A DNA stretch of 64,000 nt from Terriglobales bacterium (GTDB taxonomy: Bacteria > Acidobacteriota > Terriglobia > Terriglobales > SCQP01). The DNA is taken from positions 7,978 to 71,977 of the forward strand of contig JBOGKM010000040.1 in the NCBI GenBank assembly GCA_050747745.1, read 5' to 3'. A program made the position numbers and the translations under genes. This document shows, piece by piece, positions 38,111-47,452 of this stretch. Each line of letters begins with the position of its first letter. Position 1 is the stretch's first letter. The notes under the pieces are model-generated. The model worked only from the letters and a program-made list of their open reading frames with translations, had not been told where the DNA came from and made no database searches.

Positions 38111-39682
38111 CTAGAGGCCGCCACCGCCTCCATTGCCGCTGCCGGGGGCCGGATGCACGATGACGTACTGGCCGCCGGGCTGGATACCGCCGATATAAAT
38201 GCGCAGCATGATGGGCTGGGTGGGCGGGAGCTTTTGCAGCTCGCGGGTGACAGCGCCGGCGCTGGGGGTGGGGACGCGGTTCACGCTGGTGATGACTTCG
38301 CCGGGCTGAATGAAGCCGCTGTTGTAGGCAGGCGAGCCGGGCTGGACGTAGGTGATGATCGCGCCCTGAATGCCGCTGGGGATCTGGTTGCGCTCGCGCT
38401 GCTGCGGGGTGAGGGTTTCCAAGCGGACGCCGAGATGGGCGCCGGTGGTGTTGGAAGCGGTATTGGGTCCGTGCGCCGGGGAGACGTGCTCGCCAGGAGG
38501 ATAGCCCAGGATCGCAGTCAGCGACATGGGCCGGCCGTTGCGCAGAATGCCGAGCTTGACCTGATGGCCTGGCGCAACTTCGCCGGTGGCGATTTGCAGT
38601 TCGGTGGCGCTGTGGATGGGCTGGCCGTTGAAGTTGACGATGACGTCACCGTTTTTGAGGCCGGCTTTGGCGCCAGGATCGCCGGAGGTGATGGTGGAAA
38701 CCAGCGCGCCCTGGGTGTTGGGCGAAACATGGAAGAAGGGCGCGGTGTCTGGCGTGAGATCTTCGATGTTGATGCCGAGAAAGCCGCGGATGACCTTGCC
38801 GTGCTTGATCAGCGCCTCGGTCACGGGCTGGGCGATGGCGCTGGGGATGGCGAAGGATTCGCCGCTGAAGCTGCCGGTGGAAGTGAAGATGAAGGCGTTG
38901 ACGCCAATCACCTGGCCGAGCACGTCGACCAGCGGGCCGCCCGAGTTGCCGGGATTGATGGCGGCATCGGTCTGGATGTAGTCGCCGGGCTGGCGCAGGT
39001 TGCTGATGGCGCCGGGGGGACGGCGGTTGAGGCCGCTGATGATGCCGTGGGTCATGGTGAAGTTGAGGCGGAAGGGATTGCCGAAGGCAAATACCAGATC
39101 GCCCTGTTGGAGGTGGTTGGAGTTGCCCCAGGGCAGATTGGAAAGGCCGGTGGCGGGGATTTTGATGACCGCCAGATCGGTGAGCGGATCGGTGCCAACC
39201 ACCTTGGCCTCGAAGCTGCGCGAGTCGGTGAGAGTGACGCGGATGTTGGTAGCGTCTTTGACGACGTGGTTGTTGGTGACGATGTAGCCATCAGGGGAGA
39301 TGACGATGCCGCTGCCGAGGCCCTGCTCGTAATGGGGACGGCGGGGGAACTGGCCGAAGAACTGCGACAACGGATTGCCGGGCGGAATGCCCTGACCCTG
39401 CTCCTCGTCGCTGGCGGATTCGTGCGCGGTCACCTGCACCGTCACCACGGCCGGCTCGACCCGCTTGGCCAGCTCTTCCTGCTCTTTGGTGAGCTCGGAC
39501 AAGTCCGGCACCTGGTGGGCGCTGAGGGCCGGCTCGGTCGAGCGGATGATGCCGGAGAAGGCCGGATCCTGATCGCTGTGGGTGCGATAAAACGCCATGG
39601 CACCGACCACGCCGACAATCACGAGCAGGACGGCGAAGGCGCGGCCGCTCACGTACAGGCCAGAGAAGCGGGACGAAGGCAT
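38111..39682 (-). CDS. Do/DegP/HtrA-family periplasmic serine endopeptidase with two PDZ domains
   Basis: ATG 39682 after AAGGAGAA. Catalytic triad context TNNHVV / DLAVIKI / GNSGGPLV. Two PDZ-like segments. C-terminal tail [10 protein letters not shown]. Confidence 0.93.
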   Translation of the reverse strand: MPSSRFSGLYVSGRAFAVLLVIVGVVGAMAFYRTHSDQDPAFSGIIRSTEPALSAHQVPDLSELTKEQEELAKRVEPAVVTVQVTAHESASDEEQGQGIPPGNPLSQFFGQFPRRPHYEQGLGSGIVISPDGYIVTNNHVVKDATNIRVTLTDSRSFEAKVVGTDPLTDLAVIKIPATGLSNLPWGNSNHLQQGDLVFAFGNPFRLNFTMTHGIISGLNRRPPGAISNLRQPGDYIQTDAAINPGNSGGPLVDVLGQVIGVNAFIFTSTGSFSGESFAIPSAIAQPVTEALIKHGKVIRGFLGINIEDLTPDTAPFFHVSPNTQGALVSTITSGDPGAKAGLKNGDVIVNFNGQPIHSATELQIATGEVAPGHQVKLGILRNGRPMSLTAILGYPPGEHVSPAHGPNTASNTTGAHLGVRLETLTPQQRERNQIPSGIQGAIITYVQPGSPAYNSGFIQPGEVITSVNRVPTPSAGAVTRELQKLPPTQPIMLRIYIGGIQPGGQYVIVHPAPGSGNGGGGGL

Positions 39683-39847
39683 GGCGTGGTTCTCCTTGGA
39701 CACCGCAGGCCGCGGCGATGCCGTTGCCGGCGGACTGCACTTCCATATTGGACGCAAAAGACGAAGCTGAAGCGACCCAAAAAGCGCGCCCGGCACTATG
39801 CTATACTGAGCCAGCCGCGGGAGAAACCCGCAGCGCAGGAGAACACT

Positions 39848-40387
39848 ATTCGAGACACCCGACCGCGCCGCATCCCCGAACCCCGAACCCGCATTAATGA
39901 ACGCGTCCGCGCCCGCGAGGTGCGGGTGATTGATGAATTGGGCGCCCAGTTGGGGATCATGCCGCCGCAAGAGGCGCTCACGCTGGCACGGCAGCGGACG
40001 CTGGATCTGGTAGAAGTTGCTCCCAGCGCCAACCCGCCAGTCTGCCGGATCATGGATTTCGGCAAATACCAATATCAGATGGAAAAGAAGGCGCGGGAGG
40101 CCAAGAAGAATCAGAAAAACATCGTCATCAAGGAAGTGAAGTTCCGGCCCAATACCGACGACCACGACTACTCGTTCAAGAAAAACAACGTGCTGCGCTT
40201 TCTTGAGGAAGGGGACAAGGTCAAAGCCGTGGTGCAGTTTCGGGGCCGGGAAATTACGCACAAGGAGATTGGCTTTCAGTTGATCGAAAAACTTCTGCAG
40301 GAAGTCAGCCCGCAAGCCAACGTCGAGTTCCGACCGCGGCTGGAAGGCAACTCGCTGACCGCCATTCTGGCCCCCAAGAAAGCCTGA
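39848..40387 (+). CDS. infC: Translation initiation factor IF-3, probable ATT start
   Basis: [23 protein letters not shown]..., C-terminal [17 protein letters not shown]. No in-frame ATG/GTG is suitably placed upstream. ATT 39848 lies 4 nt after AGGAGAA (39837-39843). Non-canonical infC starts are well established. Confidence 0.9.
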   Translation: MRDTRPRRIPEPRTRINERVRAREVRVIDELGAQLGIMPPQEALTLARQRTLDLVEVAPSANPPVCRIMDFGKYQYQMEKKAREAKKNQKNIVIKEVKFRPNTDDHDYSFKKNNVLRFLEEGDKVKAVVQFRGREITHKEIGFQLIEKLLQEVSPQANVEFRPRLEGNSLTAILAPKKA

Positions 40388-40396
40388 AGCAAAATT

Positions 40397-40594
40397 ATGC
40401 CGAAGCTGAAATCGCATCGCGGCGCCGCCAAACGCTTCCGTTCCACCGGAAGCGGCAAGATTGTGCGCGGACATTCGGGCGCGCGCCATATTCTCACCAG
40501 CAAGGCACGCAAACGCAAACGCAAGCTGGACCTGGATACGCTGATCTCACCCGCCGATCAGAGGCGGGTACGGCGGATGATTCCGTACCAGTAA
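40397..40594 (+). CDS. rpmI: 50S ribosomal protein L35
   Basis: [23 protein letters not shown]....H. Confidence 0.95.
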   Translation: MPKLKSHRGAAKRFRSTGSGKIVRGHSGARHILTSKARKRKRKLDLDTLISPADQRRVRRMIPYQ

Positions 40595-40688
40595 GGTGAA
40601 CCTAGGGCCCCCGGAAAGTTTGGGGTGAGCTCAAGCGCCAGAACGGCTCCCATCGTGCCGGAGGGCGCACAGCCGAAAGGATGAAACG

Positions 40689-41057
40689 ATGCCACGCGTC
40701 AAACGAGGAAGCAAGCGGCGCCAGAAGCGCAAGAAGGTCCTAGGGCTCACCAAGGGCTTTTTCCTCACCAAAAGCAAACTTTATCGTTCGGCCAAGGAGG
40801 CCAGCCAGCGTGCGCTGAAGACCGCCTACAGCGGGCGCAAGCAGCGCAAGCGGCAGTTCCGCGAGCTGTGGATTGTGCGCATCGGGGCGGCGGCGCGGCA
40901 GAACGGCATCACCTACAGCCAGTTCATGCACGGGCTGCAGCTGGCGAAGGTGGAACTGGACCGCAAGGTTCTGGCCGACATTGCGCAAGCCGATGCGGCC
41001 GGGTTCGCTCAACTGGTGGAACAGGCCAAAGCCGCGTTGGCGCAGCCGGCGGCGTAG
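40689..41057 (+). CDS. rplT: 50S ribosomal protein L20
   Basis: [22 protein letters not shown]. Confidence 0.97.
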   Translation: MPRVKRGSKRRQKRKKVLGLTKGFFLTKSKLYRSAKEASQRALKTAYSGRKQRKRQFRELWIVRIGAAARQNGITYSQFMHGLQLAKVELDRKVLADIAQADAAGFAQLVEQAKAALAQPAA

Positions 41058-41059
41058 CG

Positions 41060-42121
41060 GTGAAGGCAGCGGCCGAACTGGCGAAGCTGGCCTCGACGCC
41101 CTGGCCCGAGTTGGGCGTACACAGTGAAGCCGAGCTGGATGCCGCTCTGCACGCCTTCCATGAAGCTCTGGCGGAGGCCAGCGAGCGTGCGGTCTGGCTG
41201 GCGCGCAAGCACGGCCTCATCGGAGTGCTGAACGATCATTGGCTCAAGCCCGCGCCCCCGGAGTGGAAGCGAGCGCTGGGCGCGCGGCTGAACACGCTGA
41301 AGATCACCGTCGAGGCGCATTTTGCCGCGCAGGCCACGGCGCCGCGGCCGGAGGCGCCGCGCGTGGACGTGACCTTGCCCGGTTTCGCGGCGCAGGCCGC
41401 AGCGGCGCATCCGGTGCTGCAGGTGCGCGATGAAATCATCGCCATATTTCTCGGCTTGGGCTACAGCGTGGCTGAGGGGCCGGAAATTGAGACGCCGTAT
41501 TACAACTTCGAGGCTCTCAACATTCCCGCCGGGCACCCGGCGCGCGAGGAGCAGGACACGCTGTATCTGGAAGGCGGCACGCATCTGCTGCGCACCCACA
41601 CCTCGCCGGTGCAGATCCACTGCATGGAGCAGCAGCGGCCGCCGCTGCGGGTGATCGTGCCCGGCAAGGTGTACCGGCGGGACGCGCCCGACGCGTCGCA
41701 CTCGCCCAATTTTCATCAGGTGGAGGGCCTGGCGGTGCAAACCGGGCTGAGCTTTGCCGATCTCAAAGGCACGCTAGAACAGTTCGCGCAAGCATTTTTC
41801 GGAGCCGCCGGTCCGCGGGTGGCCACACGCTTGCGGCCCTCCTACTTTCAGTTCACCGAACCCAGCGCGGAATTGGATGTCGCCTGCATTTTCTGCCACG
41901 GCTCCGGCTGCCGCACCTGCAAGCAGACGGGCTGGATCGAGTTGCTGGGTTGCGGCATGGTGGATCCGGCGGTATTCCGCTTCGTCGGTTACGACGCGGA
42001 GCAGGTAAGCGGGTTCGCCTTCGGCATGGGGCTGGAACGGCTGGCGATGTTGCGCTACGGCATTGATGACATTCAGCGTTTTTACAGCGGCGACGTGCGC
42101 TTCCTGGAGCAGTTTCGGTGA
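41060..42121 (+). CDS. pheS: Phenylalanine--tRNA ligase alpha subunit
   Basis: GTG 41060 lies 2 nt after the rplT stop. HPV..V.DEI...F..LGY....GPEIE..YYNFEALN.P..HPAR, and class II motifs (FRPSYFQFTEPS, GFAFGMGLERLAMLRYGI). Confidence 0.95.
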   Translation: MKAAAELAKLASTPWPELGVHSEAELDAALHAFHEALAEASERAVWLARKHGLIGVLNDHWLKPAPPEWKRALGARLNTLKITVEAHFAAQATAPRPEAPRVDVTLPGFAAQAAAAHPVLQVRDEIIAIFLGLGYSVAEGPEIETPYYNFEALNIPAGHPAREEQDTLYLEGGTHLLRTHTSPVQIHCMEQQRPPLRVIVPGKVYRRDAPDASHSPNFHQVEGLAVQTGLSFADLKGTLEQFAQAFFGAAGPRVATRLRPSYFQFTEPSAELDVACIFCHGSGCRTCKQTGWIELLGCGMVDPAVFRFVGYDAEQVSGFAFGMGLERLAMLRYGIDDIQRFYSGDVRFLEQFR

Positions 42122-44076
42122 AGGTACTGCTGAGCTGGCTGCGCGAACTGGTGGCGGTGGAGAGCAGCGCAGCCGAACTGGCGCAGGCGCTGTCGCTGGC
42201 GGGACAGGCGGTGGATGCAGTGGTGGAAGAGCAGGGGGAGACGCTGCTCGACCTGGACCTGACTTCAAACCGGCCCGACTGCCTCAGCCATTTCGGGCTG
42301 GCGCGGGAAATCGCCGCTATCACCGGCCAGCCGCTGCGGCCGCCGCCGCGGGCCGGCCTGGCACGGCACCCGGCGGGGGCGCGGGTGCAGATCGAAGCAC
42401 CGGAAGCGTGTGGCCGCTACGGCGCGCTGCTGCTGGAGGCAGTGCAAATCGGAGCCACGGCGGAGCTGGTAGCGGCGCGGCTGGAGCGGCTGGGGCAGCG
42501 GGCGATTAACAACATTGCCGATGCCACCAATTACACGCTGTGGGAAATGGGGCACCCCACCCACGCTTTTGACGCCGATCGGTTGCGCGGCGGCCACGTC
42601 GTGGTGCGCTGGGCGAGGGCGGGGGAGATGCTGGTCACGCTAGACGAGGTCAAGCGCACGCTGACGGCCGAGGACCTGGTGATTGCCGATGCCGAGGGGC
42701 CGGTGGCGCTGGCGGGCGTGCTGGGCGGCAAGGAAACGGCGATCGGGCCGCAGACGCGGCGGGTGCTTTTGGAAAGCGCCTGGTTTGATCCGCAGGCGGT
42801 GCGGCAGACGGCGCGACGGCACGGGCTGCACACCGAAGCCAGCCACCGCTTTGAGCGCGGGGCCGATCCGGAGGCAGTGTGGACGGCGGCCGAGCGCATC
42901 ACCGCGCTGCTGCACGGGCACGCCAGGCCGGCCGTAGGCGGCATCATTTATAGCGACGGCAACCTGCCGCCACGCAAGCCCATTGCGCTGCGGCCAGAGC
43001 GCATCGCGAGCGTGCTGGGCGCGCCCATCCCCGCGGCGGAATGCCAGCGGAAGCTGACCGCGCTGGGTTGCGAGGCGCACGGCGACGGCGCCTGGGTAGC
43101 CCCGAGCTGGCGACCGGATCTCAGCCGGGAGATTGACCTGATCGAAGAACTGGCGCGGCTGCACGGCTACGACCGCTTCCCTTCCCGTCTGCCCGCGTTT
43201 CACGGCAGGGCGCTCCCGCTGCCGGAGGAAGGTCTGCGCCAGCGCGTGCGCCAGCAGTTGCGCGGCCGCGGCTTCGCCGAAGCCATCTCGCTCAGCTTCG
43301 CAGCCGAATCCGAGTGCCGCGCCTTTGCACCGCAGCGCACGCCCGTGCGGGTGAGCAATCCGCTCAGCGAAGAAGCCGCCATCCTGCGCACCTCCAGCCT
43401 GCCGGCCATGCTGCACCTGCTGCAATACAATGCCCATCGCGAGTTAGAGGCGCGGCTGTTCGAAATGGGCAAGCTGTACGAGCGTGATGCCGCGGGCGAG
43501 CCGCGCGAGCGAGCTGTGCTAGCGCTCGGCGCCTGCGATGGACCGCGAGATTTCCGCGCCTGGCGCGGGGAGGTGGAGGCGGTGCTGGGGCTGTTCGATC
43601 GGCCGCCGCTGGAGGCCACTGCCGCCGGCGGCCTGTTAGACCCCGGCGCCCGCATCGGCGAGTGGGCCTGGCTAGGGCGGCTGCATCCGGAGCTGGCGGC
43701 GCAGTGGAAGCTGCCCGACGAGACCTGGCTGGCCGAAATCGACCTTGAGCGCGCCCTCAGCGCCGGGGCGCGTCCGGTCGCCTACGCCAGGCCGCCGCGC
43801 TTTCCGGCCAGCGTGCGCGATTTTTCTTTCCTGCTGGAAGAGGGCGTGAGTTGGGCGCAAATCGAACACAGGGTGAATACCCCTCCGATTTCCGACTTGA
43901 TGGAGCTGCAGCCGGTGGAAGTATTTCGCGGCGCCAACCTGGCCGAGGGGCGCTATAGCCTGCTCATTCGCGCCAAGTTCCAGAGCCGGGAGCGAACGCT
44001 GCGGGACGAGGAAGTGCAGGCCTCTGCCGATGAGATCGTGCGCCGCCTTAAAGAGTTGGGAGGAATCCAAAGATAG
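42118..44076 (+). CDS. pheT: Phenylalanine--tRNA ligase beta subunit, short form (652 aa, no N-terminal OB/tRNA-binding insert)
   Basis: MKVLLSWLRELV..., B3/4 domain (TSNRPDCLSHFGLAREIA), B5, and the C-terminal FDX-ACB domain. The start overlaps the pheS stop. Confidence 0.93.
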   Translation: MKVLLSWLRELVAVESSAAELAQALSLAGQAVDAVVEEQGETLLDLDLTSNRPDCLSHFGLAREIAAITGQPLRPPPRAGLARHPAGARVQIEAPEACGRYGALLLEAVQIGATAELVAARLERLGQRAINNIADATNYTLWEMGHPTHAFDADRLRGGHVVVRWARAGEMLVTLDEVKRTLTAEDLVIADAEGPVALAGVLGGKETAIGPQTRRVLLESAWFDPQAVRQTARRHGLHTEASHRFERGADPEAVWTAAERITALLHGHARPAVGGIIYSDGNLPPRKPIALRPERIASVLGAPIPAAECQRKLTALGCEAHGDGAWVAPSWRPDLSREIDLIEELARLHGYDRFPSRLPAFHGRALPLPEEGLRQRVRQQLRGRGFAEAISLSFAAESECRAFAPQRTPVRVSNPLSEEAAILRTSSLPAMLHLLQYNAHRELEARLFEMGKLYERDAAGEPRERAVLALGACDGPRDFRAWRGEVEAVLGLFDRPPLEATAAGGLLDPGARIGEWAWLGRLHPELAAQWKLPDETWLAEIDLERALSAGARPVAYARPPRFPASVRDFSFLLEEGVSWAQIEHRVNTPPISDLMELQPVEVFRGANLAEGRYSLLIRAKFQSRERTLRDEEVQASADEIVRRLKELGGIQR

Positions 44077-44115
44077 CGGGCGGCGAAGGCGGTCCTACTA
44101 GTGTAGGATAGCGGT

Positions 44116-45327
44116 ATGATGCGCTGCACGCCCTGGATCGCGGGGCTGGCGCTCGTGGCAACGTCGCTTGCCGGAGCGCAAAGTTCCAAAAAATCGAACG
44201 CGAAGCCCGCCGCCGGTCCGGCGTTACAACCGTACCTGAAGGGACTGCCGACGCCGGAGCCGCCACCGCCCAAGACCACCATTGTCGAGCAAATCGTGGC
44301 GCGCATCAACGACAAGATCATCACCACCACCGACTACAGCAACGCCAAGCAAGAGCTGGCCGAAAGCCTGCAACAGCAGGCGCAGCAAAACGGGCAGACG
44401 GTGACGGCGGTGCAGTTGGCCAAGGCAGACAAGAGCCTGCTGGCCACGCTGATCGATAATCAGCTCCTCATCCAGCGTGCCCAGGATCTGGGACTGAGCG
44501 CGGAAACGCAAACCATTTTGCAACTGGATAAACTGCGCAAGGAGAATCACCTGGCGACCATGGAGGATTTGCAAAAGGCAGTGGAAGCGGAGGGGGAAAA
44601 CTACCAGGATTACAAGCAGGAGATCCAAAACGGCATCCTCATGAACATGGTGATCGAGCAGGACGTGGCGCCGCGCATTTCCGCGCCCGCGCCGCAGGCG
44701 ATCGCCGTCTACTACAAGGCCCACAAGGGCGAATTCGTCAACCCCGATGGGGTGCGGCTGAGTGAAATCCTGATCAAGACGGCAGGCAAGCCGGCTTTCG
44801 AGCAGAAGCGGTTGCAATCGCTCGCCGATCAGGTGCAGGAGCGAGCCGCGAAAGGCGAGGACTTCTCCAAACTGGCGCAGCGCTATTCCGATGCCTCCAC
44901 CGGATCCAGCGGGGGCGATATTGGGTTTGAAAAGCGCAGCGATCTGCAGCCCGATCTGGCGAAGGTGCTGTTCGCGCTGCCGATCGGCGGGGTGACACCG
45001 GTGGAGAAGACCAGCAATGGATACCTGATTCTTCAGGTCACAGATAAACATCAGGCGGGACAGGAAAGCCTGCAGGACGCCAAGGATCAGATTTCCGAGA
45101 TTCTGTACCAGCAAAAGCTGCAGCCGGAGCTGCACACGTATCTGGACAAACTGCGTGCGGACGCCTACATCACGGTGGCGCCGGGCTACGTGGATACCGG
45201 CGCCGCGGCCGACACGGAGCGCGTGGACCTGACCAAGTTCCAGCGCGTGCTGCCCAGCGATCTGCCCAAGCAGACAGGCAAGAAGGACAACAACAGCGGC
45301 TTTAACGTAGGCGGCGGTGGCCGCTAA
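44116..45327 (+). CDS. SurA-like periplasmic chaperone / parvulin-type peptidyl-prolyl isomerase
   Basis: Signal peptide MMRCTPWIAGLALVATSLAGAQS, SurA N-terminal-like region (IVARINDKIITTTDY), and parvulin domain (RLSEILIK...GGDIGFEKRSDLQPDLAKVLFALPIGGV..NGYLILQV). Confidence 0.85.
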   Translation: MMRCTPWIAGLALVATSLAGAQSSKKSNAKPAAGPALQPYLKGLPTPEPPPPKTTIVEQIVARINDKIITTTDYSNAKQELAESLQQQAQQNGQTVTAVQLAKADKSLLATLIDNQLLIQRAQDLGLSAETQTILQLDKLRKENHLATMEDLQKAVEAEGENYQDYKQEIQNGILMNMVIEQDVAPRISAPAPQAIAVYYKAHKGEFVNPDGVRLSEILIKTAGKPAFEQKRLQSLADQVQERAAKGEDFSKLAQRYSDASTGSSGGDIGFEKRSDLQPDLAKVLFALPIGGVTPVEKTSNGYLILQVTDKHQAGQESLQDAKDQISEILYQQKLQPELHTYLDKLRADAYITVAPGYVDTGAAADTERVDLTKFQRVLPSDLPKQTGKKDNNSGFNVGGGGR

Positions 45328-46345
45328 CAGCTTCGTGGCCGACGAGGGCAAGACGGTGTTCGTGGGCGGGCTCAAGCCGGACACGAGCATCACCTCGTCG
45401 TTCCTGGTGCTGGGCAAAGACATCCGCCAGAAAAAAGACGGCGAGCCCTACCTGGACCTATTGCTGGGCGACCGCAGCGGACAGATCAATGCCAAGATGT
45501 GGGATGGCGTGGAGGGGGTAGCCACCAGCTTCGCGCGCGACGATTTCTTGAAAGTGCGCGCCCAAGTCAGCGTTTACCAGAACAAGCTGCAGTTGAAAAT
45601 CGAGAAGCTGCGGCGGCTGAACGATGGCGAGGTTGCCCTTACCGACTATCTGCCCACCACCAGCGCCGACGTGGGGGCGATGTGGGCCGAGCTGCGGCAG
45701 CGCATCGCGGCCATCGGCGACCGGCATCTGCGGATGCTGCTGGAAGCGATTTTCGGCGACGAGGAAATCGCGGCGCGCTTTCGGCAGGCGCCGGCGGCAA
45801 AGGTGCTGCACCACGCCTACCTGGGCGGCCTGCTGGAACATGTGACCTCCCTGTGCCGGCTGGCGGACGGCGTGGTGCGCCATTACGGCTGGGTGCGGGC
45901 GGACCTGGTCTACACCGGGATCCTGCTGCATGATCTCGGCAAGATTGAAGAGCTACGGTATCAGCGCAGCTTTTCCTATTCCACCCCCGGACAACTGCTG
46001 GGCCACATGGTGCTGGTGTTGCGGCTGCTGCACCAAAAGCTGGCCGCGCTGCCGGAGTTTCCGCCCGAGCTGGAGGTGCTGGTCGAGCACCTGATCATCA
46101 GCCATCACGGCCATTACGAGTTCGGCTCGCCCAAGCTGCCGATGTTTCCCGAGGCGCTGCTGCTGCATCACCTCGACGATCTGGACTCGAAAATGCAGGC
46201 GATGCGCACGCAATTGGAAGAGGAAGCGGTGCTGGGAGATCCGGAATGGACCAGCTACAACCGCGCACTGGAACGTCCGCTGCTGCGCGCGGACCGGTAC
46301 TGGGCGGGCGAGCGGGCGCAGCCCGCCAGCGAGGACGGGGAGTGA
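45317..46345 (+). CDS. OB-fold + HD-domain phosphohydrolase (YhaM-like 3'-5' exoribonuclease family)
   Basis: N-terminal OB fold (YLDLLLGDRSGQINAKMWDG), HD domain (HHAYLGGLLEHV, LLHDLGK, SHHGHYEFGSP, HHLDDLDSK). GTG start. Confidence 0.8.
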   Translation: MAANSFVADEGKTVFVGGLKPDTSITSSFLVLGKDIRQKKDGEPYLDLLLGDRSGQINAKMWDGVEGVATSFARDDFLKVRAQVSVYQNKLQLKIEKLRRLNDGEVALTDYLPTTSADVGAMWAELRQRIAAIGDRHLRMLLEAIFGDEEIAARFRQAPAAKVLHHAYLGGLLEHVTSLCRLADGVVRHYGWVRADLVYTGILLHDLGKIEELRYQRSFSYSTPGQLLGHMVLVLRLLHQKLAALPEFPPELEVLVEHLIISHHGHYEFGSPKLPMFPEALLLHHLDDLDSKMQAMRTQLEEEAVLGDPEWTSYNRALERPLLRADRYWAGERAQPASEDGE

Positions 46346-46737
46346 TGACCTCGCGCTCGGGCGGCGAACTGCCACAGCTTGAGCTCGACTGTTTAGCCGC
46401 GCTGTGGGCGCTGGGAGCTGCGCCGGTGGCGGCGGTGCGCCAGCATCTGGCCGGGCACGGCCGCAGCCTCGCCTATACCACAGTGCTGACGGTGCTCGAC
46501 CGGCTGCGGCGCAAGCAAGCGGTGGCGCGCCAACGGCGCGGGCGCGCCTACGTCTATATGCCGCTGCTGAGGCGCGAACAGATACGGGAGCGCGCGCTGG
46601 ATCGGCTGATTCACAATTATTTCGACTCGCGCGCCGAGCTGGGCGCATATCTACGCGGCGAAACGGCGGCTACGCCGGTGGTGCCGGTGGCTGCGCCGGC
46701 GCCGGAACCCGAGCCGGAACCGGCCTTTCTGGATTGA
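46345..46737 (+). CDS. BlaI/MecI/CopY-family transcriptional repressor
   Basis: LELDCLAALWALGAAPVAAVRQHL...SLAYTTVLTVLDRLRRKQAVARQRRGRAYVY.P is a winged helix typical of the Penicillinase_R family. The ATG overlaps the upstream stop (TGATG). Confidence 0.8.
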   Translation: MTSRSGGELPQLELDCLAALWALGAAPVAAVRQHLAGHGRSLAYTTVLTVLDRLRRKQAVARQRRGRAYVYMPLLRREQIRERALDRLIHNYFDSRAELGAYLRGETAATPVVPVAAPAPEPEPEPAFLD

Positions 46738-47450
46738 GGGAGCGCCGCCGCCGTGCCGCAGCGGTAGCGCAGCAACGTCCAAAGCGCTTCGAAGCCATCG
46801 CGGGCGCCGATCTTTTTACCTGCGGCGCGGGCGCGGTAGCGGACCGGCACTTCCTGAATGCGGATGCCGCGGCGGCGCAGCTTGGCAGTAACCTCGGGAC
46901 AAAATTCGAAGCGCCGGCAGCGCAGATTGAGTTGGCGCAGCCGCTCGGTACGGAAAGCCTTGTAGGCGGTGGCCTCATCGCTGATGCCCGCCCGGTAGAG
47001 CCAGTTCGCCGCGGCGGTGAGCACACGATTGGCGAGCCAGGCGGAGCGCCGCATGCCCAGTTCACCGCGCCCAGCTCCGGCCAGAAAGCGCGAGCCGTAC
47101 ACCACGTCCGCCTCGCCCGCCAGCAGGGGCGCCAGCAGGCGGCCATAATCGGCCGGATCGTACTCGAGATCACCGTCCTGAATGAGCACGATCCCGCCGC
47201 GCGCACGCGCAATGCCAGCGCGGATGGCGGTGCCCTTGCCACCGCGGCAGGAACCATGCACCGCAGCCGTGACCGCGCCGAGCCGTGCCGCCTCCGCCAC
47301 CACGGCGCGGGTGCCATCGGTCGAGCCGTCATCCACCACGATGATTTCCCGCTCGCAGCCGTACGGCAGCGGCGCCGCCCGCACCCGATCGAGCACGCGC
47401 GGCAGCGTGCGGATTTCGTTGTACACGGGAATGATGATGGAAACCAGCAT
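46617..47450 (-). CDS. GT2-family glycosyltransferase (polyprenyl-phosphate sugar synthase-like)
   Basis: MLVSIIIPVYNE....L......REIIVVDDGSTDGT, IQDGDLEYDP, and GSR motifs. The 3' end overlaps the convergent blaI-like gene by 121 nt. Confidence 0.88.
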   Translation of the reverse strand: MLVSIIIPVYNEIRTLPRVLDRVRAAPLPYGCEREIIVVDDGSTDGTRAVVAEAARLGAVTAAVHGSCRGGKGTAIRAGIARARGGIVLIQDGDLEYDPADYGRLLAPLLAGEADVVYGSRFLAGAGRGELGMRRSAWLANRVLTAAANWLYRAGISDEATAYKAFRTERLRQLNLRCRRFEFCPEVTAKLRRRGIRIQEVPVRYRARAAGKKIGARDGFEALWTLLRYRCGTAAALPQSRKAGSGSGSGAGAATGTTGVAAVSPRRYAPSSARESK

Positions 47451-47452
47451 GG

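Noticed and set aside
38027-39847. First ~607 codons of the 786-aa plus-strand ORF 38027-40387
   Set aside because: This part is antisense to the HtrA protease gene and is G/A/D-rich and low-complexity. Only the last 180 codons (infC, from 39848) are protein-like.
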